From: an uncultured delta proteobacterium
Lineage (GTDB): Bacteria; Myxococcota_A; Polyangia; Fen-1088
Reading direction: 5' to 3'
Length of the DNA stretch: 64,000 bases
Assembly: GCA_963737265.1 (NCBI GenBank)
Contig: CAVTRY010000013.1
Span: 448,001 to 512,000, forward strand
Part shown: positions 22,038-31,758 of the stretch, one piece after another
Layout of the letters: each line of letters begins with the position of its first letter
How positions within the stretch are numbered: position 1 is the first letter of the stretch
The notes under the pieces: generated by a model
Database searches by the model: none
What the model was told of the DNA's origin: nothing
The model's input: only the letters and a program-made list of their open reading frames with translations
Program-made: the position numbers and the translations under genes

Positions 22038-22093
22038 CCTCCTAGTGCCTCGACTGCGCCGGAGCGGCTGAGCTGGGCGGCGGCCTTGCTTCT

Positions 22094-22504
22094 CTACTGG
22101 AACTGCGGGCACTGGTTGCCGGTCAGGCAAACATCGGGGACACAACCGTAAAGTAGGCCAGCGATGGAACAACAGGTTGCGTTGCTGCCGCAGACTACAT
22201 TCGCTGGACAAGTCGGACCCGGCTGCGCGTTGGTGCAGAAGCACGGCATGTTGACCGGCAAGGTGAAGCCGAAGTTGCCGCAGGTGCACAGCAGCGGCGA
22301 TGGGCATTGGTTACCGCCGTAGGTGCACGGCTTGCCGATGCCGAGCTCGTTGCCGGCGTCGGGTGGACAGCCAGCCGGCAACAAGAGCACGACTGCGTCC
22401 ACACTCCCGTCCGCCACCTGTGCGTCGCCGGCGCCGCTCCGGGTTGGGTTCTGTTGACAAGATGCGACAACGATCAGCAGCACGCCAGGTACGAAACGGC
22501 ACAT
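22094..22504 (-). CDS. Cys-rich lipoprotein
   Basis: Lipobox VASC; GNELGIGKPC...C-rich domain. Confidence 0.72.
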   Translation of the reverse strand: MCRFVPGVLLIVVASCQQNPTRSGAGDAQVADGSVDAVVLLLPAGCPPDAGNELGIGKPCTYGGNQCPSPLLCTCGNFGFTLPVNMPCFCTNAQPGPTCPANVVCGSNATCCSIAGLLYGCVPDVCLTGNQCPQFQ

Positions 22505-22536
22505 GCGGTTGAAGAATGTATAGCACATTCGGCCCG

Positions 22537-23533
22537 TCAGAACAGATAGGACAGGCGTGTCAAAAAGGCCTGCGAGCCGGCGAAGGTGATGACGCCGAAT
22601 CTTTCGGTGTCGTTGCCGAGACCGAGTCGTCCCGCCAGGGCAAGCCGGAAATGACCGATGTCAAAGGTCACCGCGGGGTTGATGTAGAAGGCCTTGAGGT
22701 GGTTGAGGTCTTGGAAGTTGGGATCGTCGATGCGGCTGAGTTGGATGCAGCTTACGAGCTCGAACGGAAAATCCCAGCCAGCTCGTGGCCAAAACGGACA
22801 GGGCGTAGTGCGATTCCCAGAAGTAGACGTTGGGAATATTGAGCGGCACGCCGAGGAGGGTGGTGTTCTTGGCTAGCATGGCCAGGACGCCCTCGTTGAC
22901 GGTGAGCGAGAGCGGGCCGAAGACGAAAAGGCCCATCGCGGCGGGCGCCAGATGAAAGTAGTACGGAAAGCCAAACGCGTACGGACTCCCGTCGATGAGG
23001 CTGAAGCTATAGGTCATGGTGTGGGTCGGTAGGCGGACGCGCATCCCGACACCGACGAGCGCGGTGACCGAGTCGCCGGAGACATCCCACGCATAGCTGG
23101 CGCCACCGATAACATCTCCGAGTGAAAAAGCAGACTTCTTCCGATCCGGCGCAATGGGGGCGCTACTGCCCAGCTGATCGATATAGAGCCGCGTGAGCAG
23201 GATGGGTGCCTCGCCGTTCAGGTGAAAGCCGCCCAGCCTTAGCGTGCCGCCGAGGGCGATGCGATCGCCAGCGGCACGACCTTTGACCCAATAGAAGGTC
23301 GAGAGATCGCCGCTGTGCTCGTAGGTGTGGTCGATGTAGAGCGACGATCCGGCGCCGAAAGATTGCAATGCCGGGTAGTCGACGCCGGGCAGGTCAATAG
23401 GCGTTGCTGCTTCCCCCGGTACTGCCGGCGCGGACGCGGCGGGCGGTAGCTCGAAAGGATCGTCGTCCGCGGCATGCGCCGACGAAGCCCAGCCGAGGCC
23501 CAGGCCCAGAATTAGCCACCAGATACGTCTCAT
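22537..23533 (-). CDS. Putative outer-membrane beta-barrel protein with one frameshift near 22763
   Basis: Signal peptide ending AHA-A; removing one base continues the frame as SVELVSCIQL...AFLTRLSYLF*, a barrel-type C-terminal Phe. Confidence 0.65.
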
Positions 23534-23599
23534 TTGTCCCGCGCGGAGACGTGGTTCTAGCACAGGTCGCCGCCCCTCCGAGAGACGTCTTTATAACTG

Positions 23600-23639
23600 G
23601 CACTGCCGGCGGCGACTAGATTCAAGCCACCGGCAGTGC
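23600..23639. terminator. GC-rich inverted repeat, possible terminator
   Basis: gcactgccggcggc...gccaccggcagtgc stem in an intergenic region; no clear U-tract. Confidence 0.35.
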
Positions 23640-23817
23640 GCACAACCCGTCATCCCAACGAATGCGAAGAACGCGATACATGACGGGCGCAAGGAGCTCG
23701 GCTAGTCCCTCCCTTCTCGCTCCCTGCTTGACTGGTTCGTGTGCGTGAAGTCGCCCGACCACCGCTTGGGGCAGCCAGCGACGTGGCGATGCGAGTGCCC
23801 GCGCGGTCGCTGTCGGG

Positions 23818-23997
23818 CTAGTGCAGATCGATTCGCGCCGTTTTCTTGTCGCCTTGACCAGCGTCGCGGCGATCCTCGGACAGCTTGCGCAGACGAATGA
23901 TTTCTTCCGGGCTCAGTTTCTCGAAGCCGTGCTCCCTGTCCTCCACCTTTGCATCTTGCCAGTCGACCGACCCCGGACGGATGTGACGTAGTTGCAT
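23818..23997 (-). CDS. Small hypothetical protein (59 aa)
   Basis: GGAGGG RBS before ATG; charged, protein-like sequence; no recognised motif. Confidence 0.4.
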   Translation of the reverse strand: MQLRHIRPGSVDWQDAKVEDREHGFEKLSPEEIIRLRKLSEDRRDAGQGDKKTARIDLH

Positions 23998-24250
23998 CGT
24001 TCCCTCCTGCCGTTTCAACGTCGAGGCGATGTCTTCCTGTCGCCTCGAACCTCTCATTGTTAGGAACCAACTGGAATGAGAGACCATTCCCACAATCGCT
24101 AGTTTCCCCCATCTTTTTCCGCTTCGCCCAGAAAAATCGACCAACGCTCGGCGTTGGCGCGGCATTGGCGCGATGACCGCCCGCGACGGATGGCTTGCTA
24201 CTGCGCGGCAGGTGCCTCTCGTCCAGCCTATGTGTTAGAAGCCTCTCGCC

Positions 24251-25973
24251 ATGCGACTTTCAAAATCTCTCATTCCGACCCTCAAAGAAGCCCCGGCCGA
24301 GGCCGAGGTCCCTTCGCATATCCTGATGGTACGCGGGGGCTACTTGCGCAAGGTGGCCGCCGGCGTCTATTCGTTTCTGCCGCTCGGCTGGCGGGTCATC
24401 CAGAAGATTTCCAAAATTATCCGCGAGGAAATGAACCGCGCCGGCGCGCAGGAGGTCTTCCTGCCCGCGGTGATTCCGGCCGAGCTTTGGCAGGAGTCGG
24501 GACGCTGGGACCAGTACGGCGAGCAGCTTCTGCGCTTCAAGGATCGCAAGGGCGCGGACTTCGTCATCGGACCCACCCACGAAGAAGTCATGGTGGATCT
24601 CGTGCGCGGCGACGTGCGCAGCTACCGGCAATTGCCGCTCAATCTTTACCAGATTCAGTCCAAGTTTCGCGACGAGCTGCGCGCGCGCGCCGGGCTGATG
24701 CGCGGCCGCGAGTTCATCATGAAGGATGCATATTCCTTCCACGCCAGCGACGAGGATGCGCGGCGCGAGTACCAAAACATGTACGACACGTACACGCGCA
24801 TCTTCACACGCTGTGGGCTAGGGTTCCGGGCGGTGGAAGCCGACACCGGCGCCATCGGTGGTTCGCACTCGCACGAATTCCAGGTATTGACCGACACCGG
24901 CGAGGACGCCCTGCTTGCGTGCGATGCCTGTTCCTACGCCGCCAACGTGGAGGAGGCAAAGTCGCCCGCGCCCGCGGCTGCGGCGCCTTCATCGGCCACC
25001 GTGGAGAAAGTGGCGACGCCGGGCCAGCGGACGATTGAAGAAGTCACGGCTTTTCTCGGGCTCGTTTCCGCGGATCTGGTGAAGACGCTGATTTATGTCG
25101 CCGACGGAAAACCCGTGGCCGCCCTGGTGCGCGGGGATCGCAGCCTAAACGAGATCAAGCTCAAGCGCGCGCTCAGGTGCACGCGAGCTGGTGCTGGCCA
25201 ACGACAAGGTCGTGGAAGGGGCCACCGGCGCGCCTGTCGGTTTCGCGGGTCCGGTGGGCCTGCGGATTCCCATCTACTGCGATCTCGAAGTCTGCGCGCT
25301 CGCGTCCTTCGTGTGCGGCGCCAATGCGGCCGACGCCCACTACAAGAACGTGGTTTCCAAACGCGACTTTGCGCCCACCCTATGCGGCGACTTCCGCGAC
25401 GCCGCCGTGGGCGACCTTGTCCCCGCTGCGAGAAGGGACATTTCACCGGCTATCGCGGCGTCGAGGTCGGCCAAGTTTTCTTTCTTGGCACCAAGTATTC
25501 CACGCCCATGAAATGCAACTTCCTCGACGTCGACGGCAAGGAGAAGCCGATGGTCATGGGCTGCCTACGGCATCGGCGTCACGCGCATCGCCGCCGCCGC
25601 CATCGAGCAGAACCACGACAAGGACGGCATCGTGTGGCCGGTGGCCATCGCGCCCTTCGAGGTGGCGCTGCTGTCGCTGCAAACCGGCGACGCGCAGGTA
25701 ACCGAGGTCGCCGAGCGGCTGTACGCCGACCTCGACAAAGCCGGCGTCGAGGTGCTGTTCGACGATCGCGACGAGCGGCCGGGCGTGAAGTTCAAGGACG
25801 CGGACTTGATTGGCCTGCCGTATCGAATCGCGGTGGGGAAGAAAGGCGTGGCCGAAGGCATGGTCGAGCTGAAGGCGCGCCGTTCGCCCGAGGTCGTCAA
25901 GGTGAAGATCGAGGATGTCGTCGCCGTGGTGAGCGAGAAGATCGTCGCCGAGCGCGCGGGGGGCAACCGTTGA
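24251..25973 (+). CDS. proS: Proline--tRNA ligase with three apparent indels (~25175, ~25415, ~25563)
   Basis: [26 protein letters not shown]; editing domain continues in ORF 25191..25511; [13 protein letters not shown] back in the first frame; anticodon domain [18 protein letters not shown] in ORF 25632..25973. Confidence 0.93.
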
Positions 25974-26006
25974 GCGGTCGGACGTCCATCGTCCGCCGAC
26001 GAGCGC

Positions 26007-26690
26007 GTGATCGTCGCCCTCGATGTGCCGGACATGGCTGGCCTGACCGCTTTTCTGGATCGCCTGGAAGGCCGGCCGCGCTTCTACAAAGTCGGCCTCG
26101 AGCTTTTCGTCTCCGAGGGTGCGCGGGCCATTGAGGCGGTGCAGCAACGCGGCGGCAAGGTGTTCCTCGATCTCAAACTGCACGACATCCCCGAAACGGT
26201 GGCGCGCGCGGTGTCGTCCGCCGTCAAGCTGGGCGCCGAGCTCCTCACCGTGCACACGGCGGGCGGCTTCGAGATGGTGCGCAGGGCGGTCGAGGTCGCC
26301 AAGGGTAGGCCTGGCATCCTTGGCGTTACCGTCTTGACCAGCTTGTGTGACGACGATCTGCTGGCAGACGGTATCGCGGGCACGATGCGCGAGGCAGTCG
26401 TTCGCCGGGCCAAGCTGGCGGAAAGGGCTGGAGCGATGGGAATCGTTTGCTCGCCCCAGGAAGCGGCCGACGTGCGGGCGGCGTGTAGCACCCTTTCGCT
26501 GGTGGTTCCTGGCGTCCGGCCGGCGGGCGCGGCCTTGGGCGACCAGAAACGCGTGGCAACCCCTGCCAGCGCGATTGCAGCCGGTGCCGACTACCTGGTG
26601 GTCGGCCGACCGATTCGCGACGCTCAGAATCCGGCCGACGCGTTTTCAGCCGTGGTCGCCGAGGTCGCGGCCGCCCTGGCGCCGAACTAG
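26007..26690 (+). CDS. pyrF: Orotidine-5'-phosphate decarboxylase
   Basis: IVALD, KVGLELF, FLDLKLHDIPETV, VPGVRP, DQKRV, VVGRPI. Confidence 0.97.
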   Translation: MIVALDVPDMAGLTAFLDRLEGRPRFYKVGLELFVSEGARAIEAVQQRGGKVFLDLKLHDIPETVARAVSSAVKLGAELLTVHTAGGFEMVRRAVEVAKGRPGILGVTVLTSLCDDDLLADGIAGTMREAVVRRAKLAERAGAMGIVCSPQEAADVRAACSTLSLVVPGVRPAGAALGDQKRVATPASAIAAGADYLVVGRPIRDAQNPADAFSAVVAEVAAALAPN

Positions 26691-26705
26691 CGCAGGGGAT
26701 CGCCG

Positions 26706-27449
26706 ATGTCGCGCGTTGTTTTTGGCGTTCGTCCCATCGAGGAATTGTGCCGTGCCCGGCCGCGCGATGTCGTCATCGTGTACGTCGCCGATGGCTACCG
26801 ATCGAAGGAAATCGAAAGCGCGGTCGCCGCGGCCAAGGATCGCGGCATCACCGTCGAGTTTCGCCCGCGCGCCCTGGTCGCCAATCTGGCGGCATCGTCC
26901 GCCCACCAGGGCATGGTGGCGATCGCGGGCGAATTTCAGTACGCGCGCATCGACGAGATGCTGGCGGCGGCGGGCGCGGCGAACGAGGCCGCGTTGCTGC
27001 TCATTCTCGACTGCATTACGGATCCGCAAAACTTCGGCGCCCTGGTTCGCAGCGCCGAAGTGCTGGGTGCCCACGGGGTCGTCGTGCCGGATAAACATGC
27101 GGCGCCGGTGACGGGCTCCGTGGTGAAGGCATCGGCCGGCGCGAGCGAGCGCATTCGCATCGCCCGCGTGCACAACCTGCTCGGCACCATCGACTGGCTC
27201 ACCGGACAAGGGATCCAAGTCTGGGGCGGCGCCGCCGAAGGGGCGATTCCGACCGCCCAGGCTGATCTGCGCGGGCCGGCGGCGCTGGTGGTCGGCGGCG
27301 AGGGCCGCGGCCTGCGCACCGCGGTCGCGCGGCGCTGCTCTTCCCTCGTGCAGATCCCCCAGCGCGGTCTCGTGGCATCCCTGAACGCCTCGGTGGCGGG
27401 CGCCATTCTGCTCTACGAAGCCGTTCGGCAGCGAACGCGGACCGAATAG
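26706..27449 (+). CDS. rlmB: 23S rRNA Gm2251 methyltransferase (SPOUT)
   Basis: HQG, LDCITDPQNFGALVRSA, GGEGRGL, SLNASVAGAILLYE. Confidence 0.92.
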   Translation: MSRVVFGVRPIEELCRARPRDVVIVYVADGYRSKEIESAVAAAKDRGITVEFRPRALVANLAASSAHQGMVAIAGEFQYARIDEMLAAAGAANEAALLLILDCITDPQNFGALVRSAEVLGAHGVVVPDKHAAPVTGSVVKASAGASERIRIARVHNLLGTIDWLTGQGIQVWGGAAEGAIPTAQADLRGPAALVVGGEGRGLRTAVARRCSSLVQIPQRGLVASLNASVAGAILLYEAVRQRTRTE

Positions 27450-28060
27450 CGATCCTCTCACTCATCTGCAACAGAACCACGAGAAGGAGATCTCTTCCTG
27501 GCTGCCTTCCGTGCATGGCACCGCGCCCTTCGCCGAGCTTCACCCCGCGCGCCCGCCGTCACACGACCTGGCCGAGGCGGGCGGCGACGATCGGGCCAGC
27601 GACCCCTGGCTCAATTGACGGCTACCTCACCGCTGCGGCCATGGGGTAGCTGCGCCTCGTGCTCCGAGCAGGCGCCTCGGCAACCAGATCGGACGGCCCA
27701 AATCGGTCAGGCTATCCGGGCGCGCGGGAGGACGCCGTCGCACGGGCAACCAGGCGCCGCGGACCGAAAACACCCCATTCGAAGCGCTTGCGCGTCGGCG
27801 ACCCGACCCACGGCGGACTGTCCCCGGCCGGTGTCGCCGGCGGGTTCAAGTCCATCCGCTGCGGCCGCTTCTTCGGACGGGTAGAGTAGCGGGCGGTGGC
27901 GGTCCGCCGTAAACACGCGGCTTTGGGTGTGCCAAGATCTCCGTGGCGTGTAGGTGACTCTGCTCACCTGGAAGCTTTGCGGGCAGCGCATACATTGTGA
28001 CCTGACCCCCGTGCGGCTTGGCTCGGTGGTAAAGCTATTGCAAGCCAAGGAGAGCACACC

Positions 28061-30565
28061 ATGAGGAAGATTCTTCTCGCCACGGCCGCCATCTGCTGGC
28101 CACTTACCGCCCAGGCAGCGCTGACGCTCAAGGAAGTCCGGACCGCTTCGAGCACGGTCATCGACGTCTATTTCACCAGCACCACGGTCAACGCGAACGA
28201 GGTGGACACGTCGAACCTCTCGCAGTGGACGGTGGGCGGCCAGGCCGCGACCGCGATCAACAGGTACATGATGCAGGTGGCGACGACCGGCGACCATCAC
28301 GTCTACCTCACCGTACCTACCCTGACGAGCGGCACCTCGTACGACATCAAGACGCCGTACGGCAACGCGACACTGGCTTTTGACGACCACAAGACCCTGT
28401 GCGACTCGATCAAGACCAACCAGGCGGCCTACAGCGCGCTCGCGAAGGGCAACTACGCCTTGTTCGCGATATGGCTCGGCGACGGCGGGAGCAAGCAAAT
28501 CAGCGGCGCATTGCCCACCTATGAGGTCTTCGAAACCCTGACTAACAAGGTGCAGGCCACGGGCACGCTGACCGCGGTCGGCGCGGACACCTCTTCAGGC
28601 GATTTTGTCTACCGCATCGATCTTGCCTCGGTTCCGGAGGGTGGTCCCTACGCCATTTCCGTGAAGGGCTACGGCGTGTCCCATCCGTTCGGTGTCGGGG
28701 GCGACTTCGCGCGGCGGCTCGCCTACACGATCATGCGCGGCCAGTATTACCAGCGCTGCGGCTGTCCGATCCACGACCCCTACGGGTGGAATATCCGGAT
28801 GAACCCATGCCATACGCTGATTTACAATACCAACGCCGCCGATGCCGAAAACATCCCCGAACCCACCGGTACCGAGCCGACCATGTTCGTTGTGGGTGGA
28901 TACCACGATGCCGGGGATACGGACCGCAGGGTGTATCACATTTCCAACCCGGTCGTGAATTTGATGATTTACGAGGCCTTCCCGGAAATGTTCAGCGATG
29001 GCCAGTTCGACATACCGGACAAGTTCGACGATAAATACAACATCACGGGGCAGGGCAACGGAGTCCCCGACATCGTCGACGAGGCGGAGTGGGGAACACT
29101 GATATGGGAGAATCTTCAGAAGAGCGACGGCAGTATCTACTATGGCACCAACTGCAGCGGGTATGCCGACGCCGCGCCCTATGACACCGCGGATCATAAG
29201 AAGTACGGGACCATGGCCGCCGACGACCGGGGCCCCGCGGTAGCGGCCGGACTGTTTCTGCACCTTGCGCGACTTCTCAAGCCGTACAACGCCGCACGCG
29301 CGGACAAGCTCGCGCAGGAGGCCGCACTCTCCTTTAAGTACATAAGCGGCAAGACCTGGGCGAATCCGGAGAAGCTTTACTATTACATCGAGAAGTATCT
29401 GTACGACGGCGATCCGGATGCACACACGCAAGTGCAAGCGCTTGCGAGCACCGTGAACAGTTACAAGAGCAATGCATCCTCGGTGCCGGGGTATTCGCTC
29501 AACGACAGCGCTTTCGATAATCCTGGCTACATCATTTCGTACATGGTTGAGAAGACGCGGCCGACCGATCCGGCGGTGGTGGCGCAATTTACCGCTGCAA
29601 TCAAGGCGGCCGCCGACGCGAACATCGTCCAACTGAAAGCCCACGCATATCCGGTCGGCAACAGCGGCGGCGGCTGGGGACACAACGTCCAGCAGGGCCT
29701 CTATGCGGTGGCGTCCCTCCTGTACTGGCGCTTTTCCAAGGACCAAAGCTACTTGGATGCCGCCGCCAGTTTGCTGAACTACGACTTGGGCGTAAATCCC
29801 ATCGGGATAAGCTACGTGACCGGCCTCGGCTTTCACAGCGTCACCGATCCTCACGATCGACAGAGCTGGTACACCAATAGTCAAGCACAGTGGCTCAAAC
29901 CCGTACCCGGGATCTTGGTGTTCGGCCCCGGCGGAGGCACTGGCAACACCACGTTCCCAGCCATTGGAACCTTGCCCGCCGAGCGTAGGTACGCCGATAG
30001 CCATGGAGACATCCAGGAGAACGAATTCACCATCTTCGAGACCATGACCTACTACGCCCTGTATGGCGTGTTGGCGAACGGGGGCAAATGGGATCCAAGC
30101 AAGGATCCCTTCACGGTCGGTGCGGGAACGCCTTCGGGTAGCACTGGAGACGGCGGCGCGCCGAACACCGGGGGAGCCGGAGGAATCACGAACACGTCCA
30201 CGGGCGGAGCCGGTGGCGGCGGTGGTGGTCGAACGACGTCCGCGAGCGGCGGAGCCGTCGGCGGAACAACGTCCGCGAGCGGCGGAGCCGGCGGCTCGTC
30301 GGGAGGAACGGGCACGTCGGGTGGCGCGAGTGGCGGGAGCGGCGTTGGAGGAGCTTCAAGCGCGAACGGCGGCGCGGGCGGCGGGACCGGCACAGCCACC
30401 ACCGCGAAGAAATCCGCCTCCTCGGGCTGCTCTTGCTCGGCGGGCGCAAAACAAGGCAAAGGGCCGTGGGCTGGCGCCGGGCTGCTGCTCTTCCTTGGCG
30501 CAGTCGCATTTGCGGCGAGAAAGCGCCGCAAGCCGGTCTCGACCCCGGGTACAGGGATACCTTGA
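28061..30565 (+). CDS. Secreted glycoside hydrolase family 9 with Ig-like N-domain, G/S/T linker and MYXO-CTERM-like anchor
   Basis: Signal peptide; GGYHDAGD; YVTGLG..PHDR; ENEFTI; SGCSC-TM-RKRRK tail. Confidence 0.85.
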   Translation: MRKILLATAAICWPLTAQAALTLKEVRTASSTVIDVYFTSTTVNANEVDTSNLSQWTVGGQAATAINRYMMQVATTGDHHVYLTVPTLTSGTSYDIKTPYGNATLAFDDHKTLCDSIKTNQAAYSALAKGNYALFAIWLGDGGSKQISGALPTYEVFETLTNKVQATGTLTAVGADTSSGDFVYRIDLASVPEGGPYAISVKGYGVSHPFGVGGDFARRLAYTIMRGQYYQRCGCPIHDPYGWNIRMNPCHTLIYNTNAADAENIPEPTGTEPTMFVVGGYHDAGDTDRRVYHISNPVVNLMIYEAFPEMFSDGQFDIPDKFDDKYNITGQGNGVPDIVDEAEWGTLIWENLQKSDGSIYYGTNCSGYADAAPYDTADHKKYGTMAADDRGPAVAAGLFLHLARLLKPYNAARADKLAQEAALSFKYISGKTWANPEKLYYYIEKYLYDGDPDAHTQVQALASTVNSYKSNASSVPGYSLNDSAFDNPGYIISYMVEKTRPTDPAVVAQFTAAIKAAADANIVQLKAHAYPVGNSGGGWGHNVQQGLYAVASLLYWRFSKDQSYLDAAASLLNYDLGVNPIGISYVTGLGFHSVTDPHDRQSWYTNSQAQWLKPVPGILVFGPGGGTGNTTFPAIGTLPAERRYADSHGDIQENEFTIFETMTYYALYGVLANGGKWDPSKDPFTVGAGTPSGSTGDGGAPNTGGAGGITNTSTGGAGGGGGGRTTSASGGAVGGTTSASGGAGGSSGGTGTSGGASGGSGVGGASSANGGAGGGTGTATTAKKSASSGCSCSAGAKQGKGPWAGAGLLLFLGAVAFAARKRRKPVSTPGTGIP

Positions 30566-30624
30566 GGGAAAATCAACGTGTAGGCCTATGTGGTTGACGT
30601 AGCTCTTCTTATCGGCATGCTCCA

Positions 30625-30760
30625 GAGAAGCTGAGGGTCGGTCGGTTGCTCGTGCCAGTGGCCACCGCCTCGCACCTCGTGGTCATGAAAGTACTGGCTG
30701 GCCGTCCGAAGGACATCGAAGACGCGGCTGCGCTACTGGCCGTGCAGGCGGACCAGAGCT
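30625..30760 (+). pseudogene. Fragment of a nucleotidyltransferase-like (TA-associated) gene
   Basis: Manual translation KLRVGRLLVPVATASHLVVMKVLAGRPKDIEDAAALL; lacks the N-terminus. Confidence 0.55.
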
Positions 30761-30856
30761 ACCACGACTACTGCCGAAATTTTGCACGGCCGGATTAAAC
30801 GTCTGTTCGGCCAAGCCGCTCTTATGGCCATTCCACGGGCGGACGCCAAGGACGTC

Positions 30857-31195
30857 TCACTCGGCGATGATTTCGTTGAGGCCATCAATCACTAGCGCCA
30901 ATTCTTCCCTCGAAGCGCGAGCCAGCTTCTTTCCAATTCTCTCCACCGAGAGCGTACGCACCTGCGCAATCTTGATCCACGATCGTTTCGTGAGCCTATG
31001 GGCCTTGCTCTCCAGAGTCAGCGGGAAACCCGCACGAGGCTCTTGACTGGTCATGGCCATCGCGACCACGGTGCCGGACCGCTGATTGAACACATCGTGG
31101 CTCAAGATCAAGACGGGGCGCGTGCCCTGTTGCTCATGACCGCGCACGGGGTTCAGTTCCGCCCATCGGATGTCGCCCCTCAGTATTGGGGCCAT
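30857..31195 (-). CDS. mazF: MazF/PemK-family toxin
   Basis: RGDIRWAELNPVRGHEQQGTRPVLILS; QVRTLS. Confidence 0.93.
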   Translation of the reverse strand: MAPILRGDIRWAELNPVRGHEQQGTRPVLILSHDVFNQRSGTVVAMAMTSQEPRAGFPLTLESKAHRLTKRSWIKIAQVRTLSVERIGKKLARASREELALVIDGLNEIIAE

Positions 31196-31422
31196 GTCGC
31201 CACATCCATCGTAAGGCCTTCATCGGCCTCGGCCTGTTCCTGTCGTGGATCCAGCTTTGCCACCTCGCGCGCCAGCCTGGTATGTCTGAGGCGATCAATC
31301 TTGTCGGCCAGAGCCGCCTCCACGGCCTGGCTTCGATTCGGAAACCGATCCGCGGCGATCAGGGCATCAAGAGATTCCAAAATCTGAGTGTCGATTGTCA
31401 CGGCTACTTTTGCCTTTGCCAT
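31180..31422 (-). CDS. Ribbon-helix-helix antitoxin
   Basis: MAKAKVAVTID...FPNRSQAVEAAL; overlaps mazF; gtatgat/atcatac palindrome just upstream. Confidence 0.88.
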   Translation of the reverse strand: MAKAKVAVTIDTQILESLDALIAADRFPNRSQAVEAALADKIDRLRHTRLAREVAKLDPRQEQAEADEGLTMDVATWPQY

Positions 31423-31758
31423 GGTATGATGATATATCATACTCCAGCCATCGTGCAACAGGTGTTCCGCACGGCGCGGGATGCAAAGGGCGGACATTAC
31501 GCCCGGCATCCGGACCCGCGCGGCCCGGTTCCATGAGAGTTAGTAGCAGGTGGGGCCGATTTGCCCAAACCAGTCGGTAGCCGGCGTTGCGATGGCTCGG
31601 GCGGCGACGCCTGGTGGAACCACGGCAGCCGAAAAGATGCGAGTCTCTCCGCGGCATACGATTTCGCCCCGTATTAACTGCGAAGAAAAGCCGCCGAAAC
31701 GTATTGCGGACCATCGTAGTCTTGTTTCGCTAGATCTTGTTTTGGAGAAGGTGAATCC

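Noticed and set aside
27815-27870. Possible tRNA or c-di-GMP riboswitch from GGTTCAAGTCC and nearby GGTAGAGTAGCGGG
   Set aside because: No cloverleaf or acceptor stem could be built, and the riboswitch 5' consensus is missing.
30130-30410. Repetitive GGC/ACG-rich DNA, including a duplicated aacgacgtccgcgagcggcggagccg-like unit
   Set aside because: Encodes the G/S/T linker of the GH9 protein; not a CRISPR or DNA repeat element.
31650-31670. Sigma54 promoter upstream of trtA (GGCATACGATTTCGC)
   Set aside because: GG-to-GC spacing is 11 rather than the required 10.
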